From positions 1 to 64,000 of the IMG/VR virus record IMGVR_UViG_2690315780_000001: a stretch of 64,000 nucleotides of DNA. One strand, 5' to 3'. Both the position numbers and the translations under genes were made by a program. This DNA comes from an uncultured virus (IMG/VR IMGVR_UViG_2690315780_000001). Its lineage: Duplodnaviria; Heunggongvirae; Uroviricota; Caudoviricetes. Positions within the stretch are counted from its first letter, which is position 1. Each line of letters opens with the position of its first letter. This document shows, piece after piece, positions 36,084-46,579 of this stretch. The notes beneath the pieces were generated by a model. It saw only the letters and a list, made by a program, of their open reading frames with translations. It was not told the DNA's origin and searched no databases.

Positions 36084-37191
36084 AATTATCATCCCTAATC
36101 TATATCGAAAGCTAGATAAACGTAACGGCAAAATTTATTGGCAATATAAACATCCCATCACTGGTAAATTTCATAGCTTGGGCACCGACGAGCAGGAAGC
36201 GAGAGAAACAGCCATTCAAGCCAATACAATTATTGCTGAACAACATACTCGACAGTTATTAAGTATTAATGAACGGTTATCAAAAATTAAGACAAACAAG
36301 TCTGAAATATCTGTCGATATATGGATGGATAAATATTTAGATATTCAAAAAGAAAGATTAGATATCGGTGAATTAAAAATTAATTCTTATCGACAAAAAA
36401 TGAAACCTATTAATTTATTCCGTCAGTATTGTGGTACGAAAATATTAAAAGAGATAACCGCTTTAGATATTGCTGAAATAATAGATTCCATCAAAGTATT
36501 AGGACATTCAAGAATGGCGCAGGTTGTTCGCATGGTGCTTATTGATGTATTTAAAGAAGCTCAACATGCTGGCTATGTTCCTCCTGGTTACAATCCCGCG
36601 AAAGCAACTAAACAACCACGGAACAGAGTGAAAAGAGAACGCATGACATTGGACGAATGGCGCACTATTTACCAGCAAGCTAAGAACCACCCTCCTTACT
36701 TGCAATGTGGCATGTTGCTGGCCTTAACCACAGGTCAGCGGATCGGTGATATCTGTAAAATGAAATTCTCTGATATTTGGGATGACATGTTACATATACA
36801 GCAAGAGAAAACGGGCAGTAAGTTAGCCATCCCTCTCTCGCTAAAATGTGAAGCTATCAATCTCTCTTTAAGGGATGTCGTTGCTCAATGTCGTGATGCG
36901 GTTGTGAGTAAATATCTCGTACATTATCGGCATACCACCGCACAAGCGAAACGAGGTGAACAAGTCACACCAAACACATTAACCACAACATTTAAAAAGG
37001 CGAGAGATAAATGTGGGTTAACTTGGGAAAAAGGTACGGCACCAACTTTCCATGAACAACGATCTTTATCCGAGCGGCTTTATCGTGAGCAAGGAATTAA
37101 TACACAAAAATTATTGGGTCATAAAACACAAAATATGACTGATAAATACCACGATGATAGAGGCAAAGAATGGCAAATTATTGCTGTTTAA
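36058..37191 (+). CDS. int: Tyrosine integrase (phage 21/lambda family)
   Basis: Arm-binding N-terminus; TGQRIGD, KTG, FHEQRSL, LGH, KYHD. Confidence 0.97.
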   Translation: MAARPRTHKIIIPNLYRKLDKRNGKIYWQYKHPITGKFHSLGTDEQEARETAIQANTIIAEQHTRQLLSINERLSKIKTNKSEISVDIWMDKYLDIQKERLDIGELKINSYRQKMKPINLFRQYCGTKILKEITALDIAEIIDSIKVLGHSRMAQVVRMVLIDVFKEAQHAGYVPPGYNPAKATKQPRNRVKRERMTLDEWRTIYQQAKNHPPYLQCGMLLALTTGQRIGDICKMKFSDIWDDMLHIQQEKTGSKLAIPLSLKCEAINLSLRDVVAQCRDAVVSKYLVHYRHTTAQAKRGEQVTPNTLTTTFKKARDKCGLTWEKGTAPTFHEQRSLSERLYREQGINTQKLLGHKTQNMTDKYHDDRGKEWQIIAV

Positions 37192-37199
37192 TTGAACAG

Positions 37200-37236
37200 T
37201 TTTGGGGAAGAGTTTTGGGGATATTTTGGGGAAGAA
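37200..37236 (+). repeat. Three TTTTGGGGA direct repeats: probable Int arm-type sites
   Basis: Tandem 9-mers between the int stop and the icd fragment. Confidence 0.6.
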
Positions 37237-37300
37237 TTTTATAGTACAAAAAATAAACGGGAACTAATAAGCTCCCGTTAACTATTTATCAAATCAATAA

Positions 37301-37468
37301 TTACATATGTTTGATAATTGCGTCACCAAATTCGCTACATTTCAGTAGTTTAGCGCCTTCTAACTGACGTTCGAAATCATAAGTTACAGTCTTAGCGGCA
37401 ATCGCGCCTTCCATACCTTTAATGATTAAGTCAGCGGCTTCAGTCCAGCCCATGTGGCGTAGCAGTAA
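37301..37468 (-). pseudogene. icd: icd 3' fragment (icdC-like), attachment site
   Basis: Reads [55 protein letters not shown]; no icd 5' part upstream. Confidence 0.92.
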
Positions 37469-37629
37469 CACCTAAATTATCACTTACTTTATTAATTTGT
37501 AGGGTATATTTCATTCATTACTTTCTTATTTTTAGTTTTGTAGGGTTAATTAAACAATTTATATTAATCATGCTTGTAACTTAACTTTGCTACCTTAAGT
37601 ACAAAGTTAATTTGTAAAGGCTGAGTACA

Positions 37630-38097
37630 ATGAATAAAAAATATATTGAGGTTGCTAAGTTATTACACGCTATTTTTCAACAATATCATGAGCGGATGGA
37701 TTTACCATTTTTCTGTACTTATCCATTAAATTGTTGCCAAGGTGCTTCAATCCTATTGGGACAACTTATCCTAGATTTACACCCAAATGCTAAAGTCACT
37801 ATTGTTAAAGGTAGTTCTCGTAAAGATGATAATCATCATTACTGGCTTGAAGTTGATAAAAAGATTTTCGACTTAACTGTTGAGCAGTTTGTATCTTGGA
37901 TGAATAAAAAATATCACTGCCCTGCTTCACCAATATATGGTGATAAAAAGCACCCTTTAGCAGGCTATTTTTTCTATAAACAACGATTTTCGTTTGATGA
38001 TGCGTATCAGATATTTATTACTAAACATGCGAATGAAGAAGATGTTGTGGAAGCTTATGGGATGGTGTTGTTGAAGTATTTTGAATTGGTGCAGTAA
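37630..38097 (+). CDS. Hypothetical protein with a transglutaminase/papain-like Cys-His-Asp pattern
   Basis: YPLNCCQGAS...HYWLEVD..IFDLT. Confidence 0.55.
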   Translation: MNKKYIEVAKLLHAIFQQYHERMDLPFFCTYPLNCCQGASILLGQLILDLHPNAKVTIVKGSSRKDDNHHYWLEVDKKIFDLTVEQFVSWMNKKYHCPASPIYGDKKHPLAGYFFYKQRFSFDDAYQIFITKHANEEDVVEAYGMVLLKYFELVQ

Positions 38098-38427
38098 TGT
38101 TCAGTATTCTAAATCGTTTTCTGCAATATAAAATGTTTTATACATAAATATAATACCAACTGAATATTAGATTTATTCGTGAATATTAGTTATTTTCACG
38201 TGTCTTTAAAAGACTATTTTGTGCCAAAATCGGAAGTAGTTACAAAGTTACTCAACGGGGAATCGGTTATACCTCAAAACGTACTAGCAATAGGTAAGAA
38301 ATCCTTACCTGTTGACTCATCTTTATCCCTTTTAAAGTTGTAACTCGTGATTGCAACAGCATTCTTACCATTATGAAATCTATATAATATTCTAGCTAAG
38401 AATTTACATCATAAGGCCAGTACTATA

Positions 38428-39993
38428 ATGACGCATATTTTGAAGGCAAAAATCAAAAATTTTAAGAAATTCCGAGAGTATGAGATTCATTTTGACCCTA
38501 AAAGAAACATTCTGGTTGGCGATAATGAAGCAGGAAAGAGCACTATATTGATGGCTATTGAACTTGTGTTGAGTGGCAGTAGAAGCAAGGTAGATAACTT
38601 GGGTATTGAAGCTTTGCTTAATGCCAGTGTTGTTTCAGAATTTCTAGCAGGTGAGAAGAATATAGATCGCCTTCCTAGTCTTCATATTGAATTATTTCTA
38701 AACGAAGCAGATAACCCAGACCTCAATGGTAGAAACAATAGTGATGGAACTTATGCTGACGGGCTTCAATTGATCTGTGAACCAAACGAAGAGTTAAGCA
38801 CGGAGATACGGCAAGTTTTGGATACTGAAGGTGATAATTTTCCATTCGAATTTTACGTTGCCAAGTTTATTACATTCAATGGGGAACTATACTCCAGTTA
38901 TCGGAAGTTTTTGCGCTATTTATCTATTGATAGCACTCAAATTAACAACGAGTATGCAAACAGTAAGTATGTAAAAGCTATGTATGAAGCGACTGTGGAG
39001 CAATCTCTCCGTTACAGTCTAATGAATGAATATAGACAGCAAAAAAATGCCTTCAGGAATACTCAACTAAATGTGATTAATGATGATTTAGAAGGGTTCG
39101 ATTTTGCTATCCGCTCTGGCTCAAAGTTCAATTTGGAAACTGATCTAACTCTAACAGAGGAAGGTATTCCTATTGAAAATCGTGGTAAAGGAAGGCAGTG
39201 CTTTATAAAAACTGCGTTTGCATTAAGAGAGCGTGATGAAGGTAAGAGAATCGATGTTTTGTTACTAGAAGAACCTGAGAATCACCTTAGCCACACCAAC
39301 ATGTATAAGCTAATTAGTCAGGTAGAGAAGGCTCATGATAATCAGGTGATAATTGCAACTCATAGTAGTCTAATTAGTTCTAGATTAGATTTAAGAAAGT
39401 CGATCTTACTGAATAGCGCAACAACCAGACCAGCTACCTTGACAGACCTCACGAGGGATACCGCTAAGTTTTTTGCGAAAGCCCCTAACCATAACATCTT
39501 AGAACATGTCCTTTCTGAAAAAGTAATTCTTGTTGAGGGTGATGCGGAATATATTTTGATGGAATGCTTATACGAGAGAACTAAAGGTCATCAACCAAGC
39601 GAGGATGGAGTTCATATAATCTCAGTTGGTGGTATTAGCTTTAAACGATATATGGAAGTTTCTAAATTGTTGAATATTAGAACGGCAGTGATCCGTGATA
39701 ATGACGGTGACTATCAAAAAAACTGTATAGATAATTATCATGATTATCAGGCAGATTGTATAACTGTGTACGCTGATACAGATAATACAAGAACAACTTT
39801 TGAAATATGCATGTATCAAGATAATAAAGAAATCTGTGACGACTTATTTTCAGGCAGAGGGATCCAATTAACACCGCAACAGTATATGTTGAAGAACAAA
39901 ACTACCGTAGCATTTAGATTACTTGACGAGAAGGCGAATGAAATCACTGTACCTACATACATTAGAGAGGCCATTGAATGGATAAGCGAGTAG
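38428..39993 (+). CDS. gajA: OLD-family ATPase/TOPRIM nuclease, Gabija GajA
   Basis: GDNEAGKS, LLEEPENHLS, ATHS, LVEGDAE, RDNDGD. Confidence 0.85.
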   Translation: MTHILKAKIKNFKKFREYEIHFDPKRNILVGDNEAGKSTILMAIELVLSGSRSKVDNLGIEALLNASVVSEFLAGEKNIDRLPSLHIELFLNEADNPDLNGRNNSDGTYADGLQLICEPNEELSTEIRQVLDTEGDNFPFEFYVAKFITFNGELYSSYRKFLRYLSIDSTQINNEYANSKYVKAMYEATVEQSLRYSLMNEYRQQKNAFRNTQLNVINDDLEGFDFAIRSGSKFNLETDLTLTEEGIPIENRGKGRQCFIKTAFALRERDEGKRIDVLLLEEPENHLSHTNMYKLISQVEKAHDNQVIIATHSSLISSRLDLRKSILLNSATTRPATLTDLTRDTAKFFAKAPNHNILEHVLSEKVILVEGDAEYILMECLYERTKGHQPSEDGVHIISVGGISFKRYMEVSKLLNIRTAVIRDNDGDYQKNCIDNYHDYQADCITVYADTDNTRTTFEICMYQDNKEICDDLFSGRGIQLTPQQYMLKNKTTVAFRLLDEKANEITVPTYIREAIEWISE

Positions 39994-41000
39994 TACTAGC
40001 AGTTGCAGGAGCAGGAAAAACACAACATATAATTGATAAATTAGACATAAATAGTCGTGCGCTAATTGTTACTTACACTGTAAATAATACTACTAATCTG
40101 AAGAAACGTATTTTAAACAAATTTGGAGTAATTCCTAAAGGTATTCGTGTTTACACCTATTTTTCATTCCTAATATCGTTTTGCGTGCGACCAATCATTG
40201 GTAACGACATGAAGATAAAGGGGATTAGCTATAGTGATCCGCCTAAATTTGCGAAACGCAACACTCATGCACATTACGTCAGTCAAGGAGACCGACTTTA
40301 CCATAACCGTATTTCGAAGATGATGATGGATTGTAATGGTGTATCTGACATCTCCAAGCGTATTGAAAAGTATTTTGATTTCTTCTGCGTAGATGAAGTT
40401 CAAGATTTCGCAGCTAATGATTTCAATTTGCTTTGTCAATTGTCGAAAACGGATGTTGAGATATTATTCGTTGGTGACTTCTTCCAACATACTTTTGATA
40501 CTAGCCGAGATGGCAATATTCAAAAAAACCTACATAACCACTACGAAGCATACCTTACTAAGCTCAAAGATGCCGGATACACAATCGACTTAGATACGCT
40601 CTCCCACAGTTATAGATGTAGCCCTACAGTTTGCAGATTTGTTACCGAACAAATTGGCATCATAATAAGTTCCCATCGACAAGATGAGGTCAATATTGCC
40701 TTAATTGAAAATACTGAACATATTAAGAGGTTATTCTCCAATGATTCCATCGTTAAATTATTTTTTAAAGAAAGCTACAAGTACGTTGGAAGGACTGACA
40801 ATTGGGGAAATACAAAAGGCTTGGATGATTTCGCTGACATCTGTATAGTTCTAAATCCGACCACATTCGCTGCCTATACAAAAGGACAATTGGCTACTTT
40901 GTCACCATCGACGTTAAATAAGCTATACGTAGCTTGTACAAGAGCTAAAGGTAATGTGTATTTTGTCTCACAACGTTTGTTAGACGAGTACAAATGTTAA
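39978..41000 (+). CDS. gajB: Compact UvrD-like helicase, Gabija GajB
   Basis: AVAGAGKT, DEVQD, GDFFQ, SYRC, KGL, YVACTRA; overlaps gajA. Confidence 0.85.
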   Translation: MDKRVVLAVAGAGKTQHIIDKLDINSRALIVTYTVNNTTNLKKRILNKFGVIPKGIRVYTYFSFLISFCVRPIIGNDMKIKGISYSDPPKFAKRNTHAHYVSQGDRLYHNRISKMMMDCNGVSDISKRIEKYFDFFCVDEVQDFAANDFNLLCQLSKTDVEILFVGDFFQHTFDTSRDGNIQKNLHNHYEAYLTKLKDAGYTIDLDTLSHSYRCSPTVCRFVTEQIGIIISSHRQDEVNIALIENTEHIKRLFSNDSIVKLFFKESYKYVGRTDNWGNTKGLDDFADICIVLNPTTFAAYTKGQLATLSPSTLNKLYVACTRAKGNVYFVSQRLLDEYKC

Positions 41001-41227
41001 ACCAAGAATACAATAAAATGTCTAACCTGTGCCCCGCGGATTTACATAGAATACTGTTAGTAATATCTGCTTTTCGCTCTAACCAGACTATTATACTTAG
41101 TTGTATTATACTGGTTCGTTCTATCAGTTCTAATTTGAGTTAACACAAAATAAAAAATAATAAAATGAACAATATAAACCACACTTGCCGAAAATGTTTC
41201 TGTTGTTAGTTGAAGCTAATCTGGTTA

Positions 41228-42070
41228 CTAACTTTTTGGTTCGACAATAATCCCTTGCCTTAAAATTTTTACATCTATATCTTGCATAAAGGTCAACTGT
41301 AAATATAGCATATCCATAAGAGAATCATTATTTATGCTAATTATGTGTATTGACTCTGGCAATCCCGAATGATAAGCAATAATTCCATTAACTTTACTCA
41401 TTATTAGTTTATGCGATATGTCGTCATGCTCAATATCAATCAGTTCACACTCACCATTCTTATTTTTCTTTAATTTTTGTATCTTGTTACGCGATATTGG
41501 AATTCCTCCCTTTTGAGGCTTACCATTTTTCTTATTAAGAATTAACTCCAACTCATCTTTAACGAAACAATAAGCCGAAAAAAGCAAAGAACCAGATACA
41601 TTCACGGGGAAAAGTTACCCAATATCAATTGCAATAATCTTTGAATCACTATCTTTTATTACACCATTAGCGATCCATTTTTTAAACTGGCCTGATTTTT
41701 TATCAAAGATTAGAAGTAACGAATAGCTTAATCTTATCATGCTCAATAACATCTTCTGGACAGTGTGAATTAAAAAATTTTTCACTAAACCTATTGTCAG
41801 ATTTAGTAATTTTGGTAACTTCCACATGCGTAACCTTACCGTTTAGCTTTGACTTTAGATCAGGATGATTTTCACCTACTTGCTTCATAAACTTGATGTC
41901 TAATGGCTTCTTTTCTTGTATCAAAATAAAAATAAATGCAAAAAGCAACTCTGACTTAAAACTGTCTAGCATGTTAAGATCTGATGAATTAGCTACATAT
42001 TCAGAAAAAAATTTTCCTTTATGCTAAAATACTTTTTTGTTCTTTTGAATATTTCATCCCAATCATAAAT
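41228..42070 (-). pseudogene. Disrupted gene, possibly a PD-(D/E)xK nuclease
   Basis: Three ORF pieces join through a frameshift near 41705 and an in-frame TAA at 41615; HPDLK...HVEVTK motif; 5' end uncertain. Confidence 0.5.
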
Positions 42071-42577
42071 ATATAAAATTCTTTAAAATAAAATTACTAT
42101 TATAATTAATTTAGCATAAAAAATAAAATGGATTTTTTGAGTCTCTCTCTTAGACATTTACAATTGTTTTATTTATCCTCTTACGATGATTATATTTTTC
42201 CAGCATTTTCATAATAGGTGAGATCGACATCAAAACTGTAGCTTCTATATCTTCTATATAAAGTTTATGCACGCATTGCGGGAATCTCATAGAATAGATA
42301 AGAAATTAAAAAAACTTTATAGTATGAGGGCTGGCAGCAACAATATGCTTTAGCATACTAGCCATTAGTAAATTATGTTAAAAAATATGTAGTGACATCA
42401 CAAAGCAAATATATTATATATTAACATGGTTTTTATTGATATATTACTTTTAAAAATAGGAAGGATATGGATAGTAATTGAAAAATTAATTGAAATATGA
42501 TTTTAAAATTAATAATTTAATTTCTTAGATTTATTATAACTTTAAGATACTAGTAGATTTATTTAACAGAGTTTAAC

Positions 42578-43783
42578 ATGAATATTAAAAGTGTACAGTT
42601 TTTGGACTTGTTTGATAAGTTAAATTACAACTTGGATTTTTCTAATTTTGATACAAATATACTAACAGGTCCTAATGGTTATGGAAAAACCATTATTCTA
42701 AAATCTATAAATAGCCTTATTAATCGTGATTTGCCTTTCTTTGAAAAATTACGTTTCAAAGAGTTTAGAATAATATTTGATTCTATTGATATAACACTAA
42801 AAAAGGATGAACATTTACAAATAAAAATAACGCAAGGAGATATTACCGATATACTAATATTTGAGAAAAACCTCACAGATATTAAATTATCAGACAACAC
42901 TATTGTGACAGAAATGGAAATAAAATGGAGTAAAATGAAAGCAATATCTGCTTCACGAGATGCAGTTATTGAAAAATTAGGAAAATATTTATCAGGCTGT
43001 ACTGTATTATTTATAAAAGATCAAAGAATGCAAGTCTATATAGATAAAAAAAACGAAATAACATTAATTTCTTTGGCTAGAGATTTAAAAGAAAAAATAA
43101 ATTTTGCAATAGAAGAATATAACAGATTATCACAAGAATTAGATGCTACTTTCCCAATTAGACTATTTGATTATGAAGCGAGACCAAGTTATATAATGAT
43201 AGAAGAAAAACTAAAGGGATTAAAGTTAGTTAGATATGATTATATAAAATTTGGATTTCTTGATGAATCCACTAACACTAAATTTGAAATGCAAGATATG
43301 GACTTATCAAAAAAATATGATAATGCACATGTTCTAGAATTATATCTATCTGATAGTTTAGATAAATATTCTGCATTTAAAGATTTAACGAAGAAAATAA
43401 ATCTATTTATTCGTTTTTTAAATAGTAAAGAATTAGCATTCAAATCACTTGTTGTACATAAAGATGTAGGGTTTTGCTTAATTGATAATGATACTGGAAA
43501 ATCAATAGAATTAAATAGCCTCTCATCAGGAGAACAAAATCAAATAATTATGCTCTATAACTTGATTTTCTTGACAAATAAAAACTCTATTTTATTGATA
43601 GATGAACCTGAAATATCATTACATATCGCTTGGCAAAAAGAAGTATTAAATAATTTAGAAAGAATTATGAAAGTTAATAATATTCCACAGACGATTATAG
43701 CTACACATTCACCTACAGTTATTAATGGAAACTGGGATAGAAGTTTAGATCTATATGAATTAAGTAAGCAAGGAAATAACTAA
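42578..43783 (+). CDS. ariA: ABC/AAA ATPase, PARIS AriA-like
   Basis: GPNGYGKT, LSSGEQ, IDEPEISLHIAWQ, ATHSP. Confidence 0.8.
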   Translation: MNIKSVQFLDLFDKLNYNLDFSNFDTNILTGPNGYGKTIILKSINSLINRDLPFFEKLRFKEFRIIFDSIDITLKKDEHLQIKITQGDITDILIFEKNLTDIKLSDNTIVTEMEIKWSKMKAISASRDAVIEKLGKYLSGCTVLFIKDQRMQVYIDKKNEITLISLARDLKEKINFAIEEYNRLSQELDATFPIRLFDYEARPSYIMIEEKLKGLKLVRYDYIKFGFLDESTNTKFEMQDMDLSKKYDNAHVLELYLSDSLDKYSAFKDLTKKINLFIRFLNSKELAFKSLVVHKDVGFCLIDNDTGKSIELNSLSSGEQNQIIMLYNLIFLTNKNSILLIDEPEISLHIAWQKEVLNNLERIMKVNNIPQTIIATHSPTVINGNWDRSLDLYELSKQGNN

Positions 43784-43784
43784 C

Positions 43785-44678
43785 ATGCGTTCATTACAAC
43801 AAGAAAGTAGTGAGCTATCATGGGTAGATAAAAATAGACTCATATTTAACCATGCTTCAACAGAAAATAAAATAGTTTTGCTTGTAGAAGGAGATAGTGA
43901 TCGACGTTTCTTTTATAAAATATTTAAATGTTATAGTGAACAAATATTAATTGAATCCCCTGACTCTGGAAAACCCGAAGTTATAAATGCAGTTAATAAA
44001 ATTCGCTCTTTAGAACACAAAAATATTTATGGAATCTGTGATACTGACTTTGATTATATAACAGGTAAGATAGACAATTACGATAGAAATATAATTTTAT
44101 TTACAGATTTTCATGACTTAGAGGTAACATTGCTAACTTTAGATATATTTGATGATATTTATACGGAATATACTATATTTGATATACTGACTCCCAATGA
44201 TGCTAACAGTTTAAAGGAAAATATATTTAATATTTCTTATGATATAGGATTGCTAAAACTAGCCAATGAAAAAGAAAATTTTAATTTAAACTTTAAATCA
44301 TTAGTTCACAATAAATATATTTCTGCTGATGGTATTAATTTAACATTGGACATAGATTTCTTAATCGATGACTTAATATCAAAAAGTCCAAGATTTAATA
44401 ATGAGATATATTCAAAAATGTATATTTTAGAAAAATACTCATTATTGAAGATCGCTGGCTATGATAAACATCACATATGCAACGGTCATGATTTTTGCGA
44501 AATACTATCACTATGTTATAGACAAGATTTTTCAAAAGACAAAAATCTTAATAGGAATAAAATAGAAAGTGACCTTCGATTAACTTGCACAGACACTAGA
44601 TTTTCAAAAAGTAATTTATATAACTTACTGAAAAATATTCTTTCTAAACATAATATTGATGTGTCTACTCTACCTTAA
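43785..44678 (+). CDS. ariB: DUF4435/TOPRIM protein, PARIS AriB-like
   Basis: LVEGDSD, GICDTDFD, HDLE, CNGHD; 1 nt after the ATPase gene. Confidence 0.8.
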   Translation: MRSLQQESSELSWVDKNRLIFNHASTENKIVLLVEGDSDRRFFYKIFKCYSEQILIESPDSGKPEVINAVNKIRSLEHKNIYGICDTDFDYITGKIDNYDRNIILFTDFHDLEVTLLTLDIFDDIYTEYTIFDILTPNDANSLKENIFNISYDIGLLKLANEKENFNLNFKSLVHNKYISADGINLTLDIDFLIDDLISKSPRFNNEIYSKMYILEKYSLLKIAGYDKHHICNGHDFCEILSLCYRQDFSKDKNLNRNKIESDLRLTCTDTRFSKSNLYNLLKNILSKHNIDVSTLP

Positions 44679-45049
44679 TTTATATACTCTAAACTAAAAC
44701 TTTATAATATACTTCCAGTAAAAAGCCTCTACATAGTAGATGGCTTTTATTCATTTCTTTTGAATTAGTGTCGTTATAATTAGATTTTTCTCCTCAAAGT
44801 AAGTATCTTCATTACCTCTAGCTACGGTTTACTACCATTGGTATGAAAAAAAGATATAGCGATAAGTACGATACAATCTATTTTAGATAAGTCACCATAA
44901 TCTGGATTTTAGAAATGCTATTATCAATAAAGATTCCAGAGCAATATCTTTAATCATAAAAGAATTCATTGTCATCTGAAACATCGAATTAAAGTAGTAT
45001 TTCTGTCCACTTCCTCTGTGTAAAAAGTACTGATAATCGAGAAAATACC

Positions 45050-45395
45050 GAATATTTAAATAGTATTAAATTTCATACACAATAATCCATATTGCAGTAA
45101 CTTATTAAGAATATTGAATATTAATGATAAAGAAATGCTTGAATATTTGGCAACTGGGATTGATATCTCATTACTCACAGAACGAGTAATCGGAGTGCTT
45201 GAGTGTTTAAAAACAAATAGAGGATTATCAAAAAAATTCGTGTAGATAATGAATTTGCACTTATTTCAGCTAATTTATTGAATTATTGTGAAAATAATCG
45301 AATTGAGTTATACTATATTCAAACAGATAAATCTCAACAAAATGGTTTTATCGAATAATTTAATGGCTCATTTTGCCGTGAATTTTTAAATAACT
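45050..45395 (+). mobile_element. Decayed IS3-family transposase (integrase core) fragment
   Basis: Translates piecewise to RVIGVLECLK..RGL, KIRVDN, YIQTDKSQQNGFIE*FNGSFCREFLN. Confidence 0.8.
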
Positions 45396-45598
45396 ATTCA
45401 TATTTACATTCTATTAATTATAACTAATACATTGACACTTTTTCACAATAAAGTTAATGTAGATAACTTTACACTTATATCAATGAGACTGATGAGCTTA
45501 CTTATCATTATACTTCATTAGTGAAAAAATCATACGCAAAAAATATCACTTCTTTAGTTTATGATATTTCTACCTAGCTAATAACAAGGTTAAGAAGA

Positions 45599-46041
45599 AT
45601 GGAAGAATATAAAAAATCCTGTGAGGATGAACTTGATTGGGAAATTATCAATCAACTTCATGAAGCAACCCTTCAAATGAGTAAGAGTTGTTTCGAGTTC
45701 AAAAAGATATGCGTAGGACTTATCGGCGCAACTTTAGCGATATTAGCAAAATTACCGATGGTAAACTTGATCATTCTTATTTTTATATAACTCTTATTCT
45801 ATGCTTGGGTTTCTGGATCGCTGATTCTTCTGCATATTATTTTCAGAGAAAAACTAGGATGGTTATGAATAAAAAACTGATTTCACTGGCTAATAGGAAT
45901 TCAATTAATGGCTATCTAACCGAAAACTTAGAGGTAACTTGGTCTAAAGCTGTATTTAATCTTTCAATGGTTCTATACTATTTTTTTGCTCTCATAGGAT
46001 TTATTGGATGGCTTGTTTATGTATATTGTATATATAGGTAA
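45599..46041 (+). pseudogene. About 147-aa three-TM protein, frameshifted at an A4 run (45748-45751)
   Basis: Adding one A fuses ...LAILAK to ITDGKLDHSYF...FWIADSSAYYFQR...; ends 5 nt before the TIR gene. Confidence 0.7.
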
Positions 46042-46046
46042 GTAAT

Positions 46047-46502
46047 ATGAATATTTTTGTAAGCTATACAACTAGAGACGACAATATTGATAGAAAATTA
46101 TTAGAGCGTATATCTGAGATTATTTCACTTTATGGTCATTGCTACATCGATCTATTACATAATACCGAAAAAAATAAGCAACGACATGTCGAATTTATGC
46201 TATCACAATCTAATTGTGTAATTTTAATAGCATCAAGTTCAATATTTATTTCAAAATGGGTTCAATGGGAGCTTAATGAAGCTAAAAAACGTTGCATTCC
46301 AATTATTATAGTTGAAGCCAAGTCAGACATAACTAATACTTTAAAAAATTTGAAATCAAAATTAGCAACTAATGCTTATTTACTTTCTAAATTAGAAAAT
46401 AAAAAATTGCAATCTCATCAAAAAATATCAGATTTTTATTTGGAATCGACATCTAATAAATTAACAATGATAAAAAATACGTGTTTTTTATTAGTTAAAT
46501 AA
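46047..46502 (+). CDS. TIR-domain protein (ThsB-like)
   Basis: MNIFVSY; SNCVILIAS; SKWVQWEL with the catalytic Glu; IPIIIV. Confidence 0.85.
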   Translation: MNIFVSYTTRDDNIDRKLLERISEIISLYGHCYIDLLHNTEKNKQRHVEFMLSQSNCVILIASSSIFISKWVQWELNEAKKRCIPIIIVEAKSDITNTLKNLKSKLATNAYLLSKLENKKLQSHQKISDFYLESTSNKLTMIKNTCFLLVK

Positions 46503-46579
46503 TATATTTATATTAAATTTATATAAGCTGACCAACATTCACTTTATATAACAAGAATAATGGTTTATTTTATTATAAA

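Larger units (their letters stand above)
1..37468 (-). mobile_element. Prophage 1: lambdoid siphovirus with HK97/SfV-like head and phage-21-type int, at an icd-derived att (left end probably outside the window)
   Basis: Co-linear int-xis-cI-cro-replication-Q-lysis-terminase-portal-capsid-tail modules; icd 3' fragment next to int. Confidence 0.93.

Noticed and set aside
37200..37236. Short direct repeats as a CRISPR-like array
   Set aside because: Only three 9-mers with gaps of a few nt next to int/att; no spacers or cas genes; better explained as Int arm sites
37301..37468. Functional icd gene
   Set aside because: Only the last 55 codons are present, with no start or upstream icd sequence
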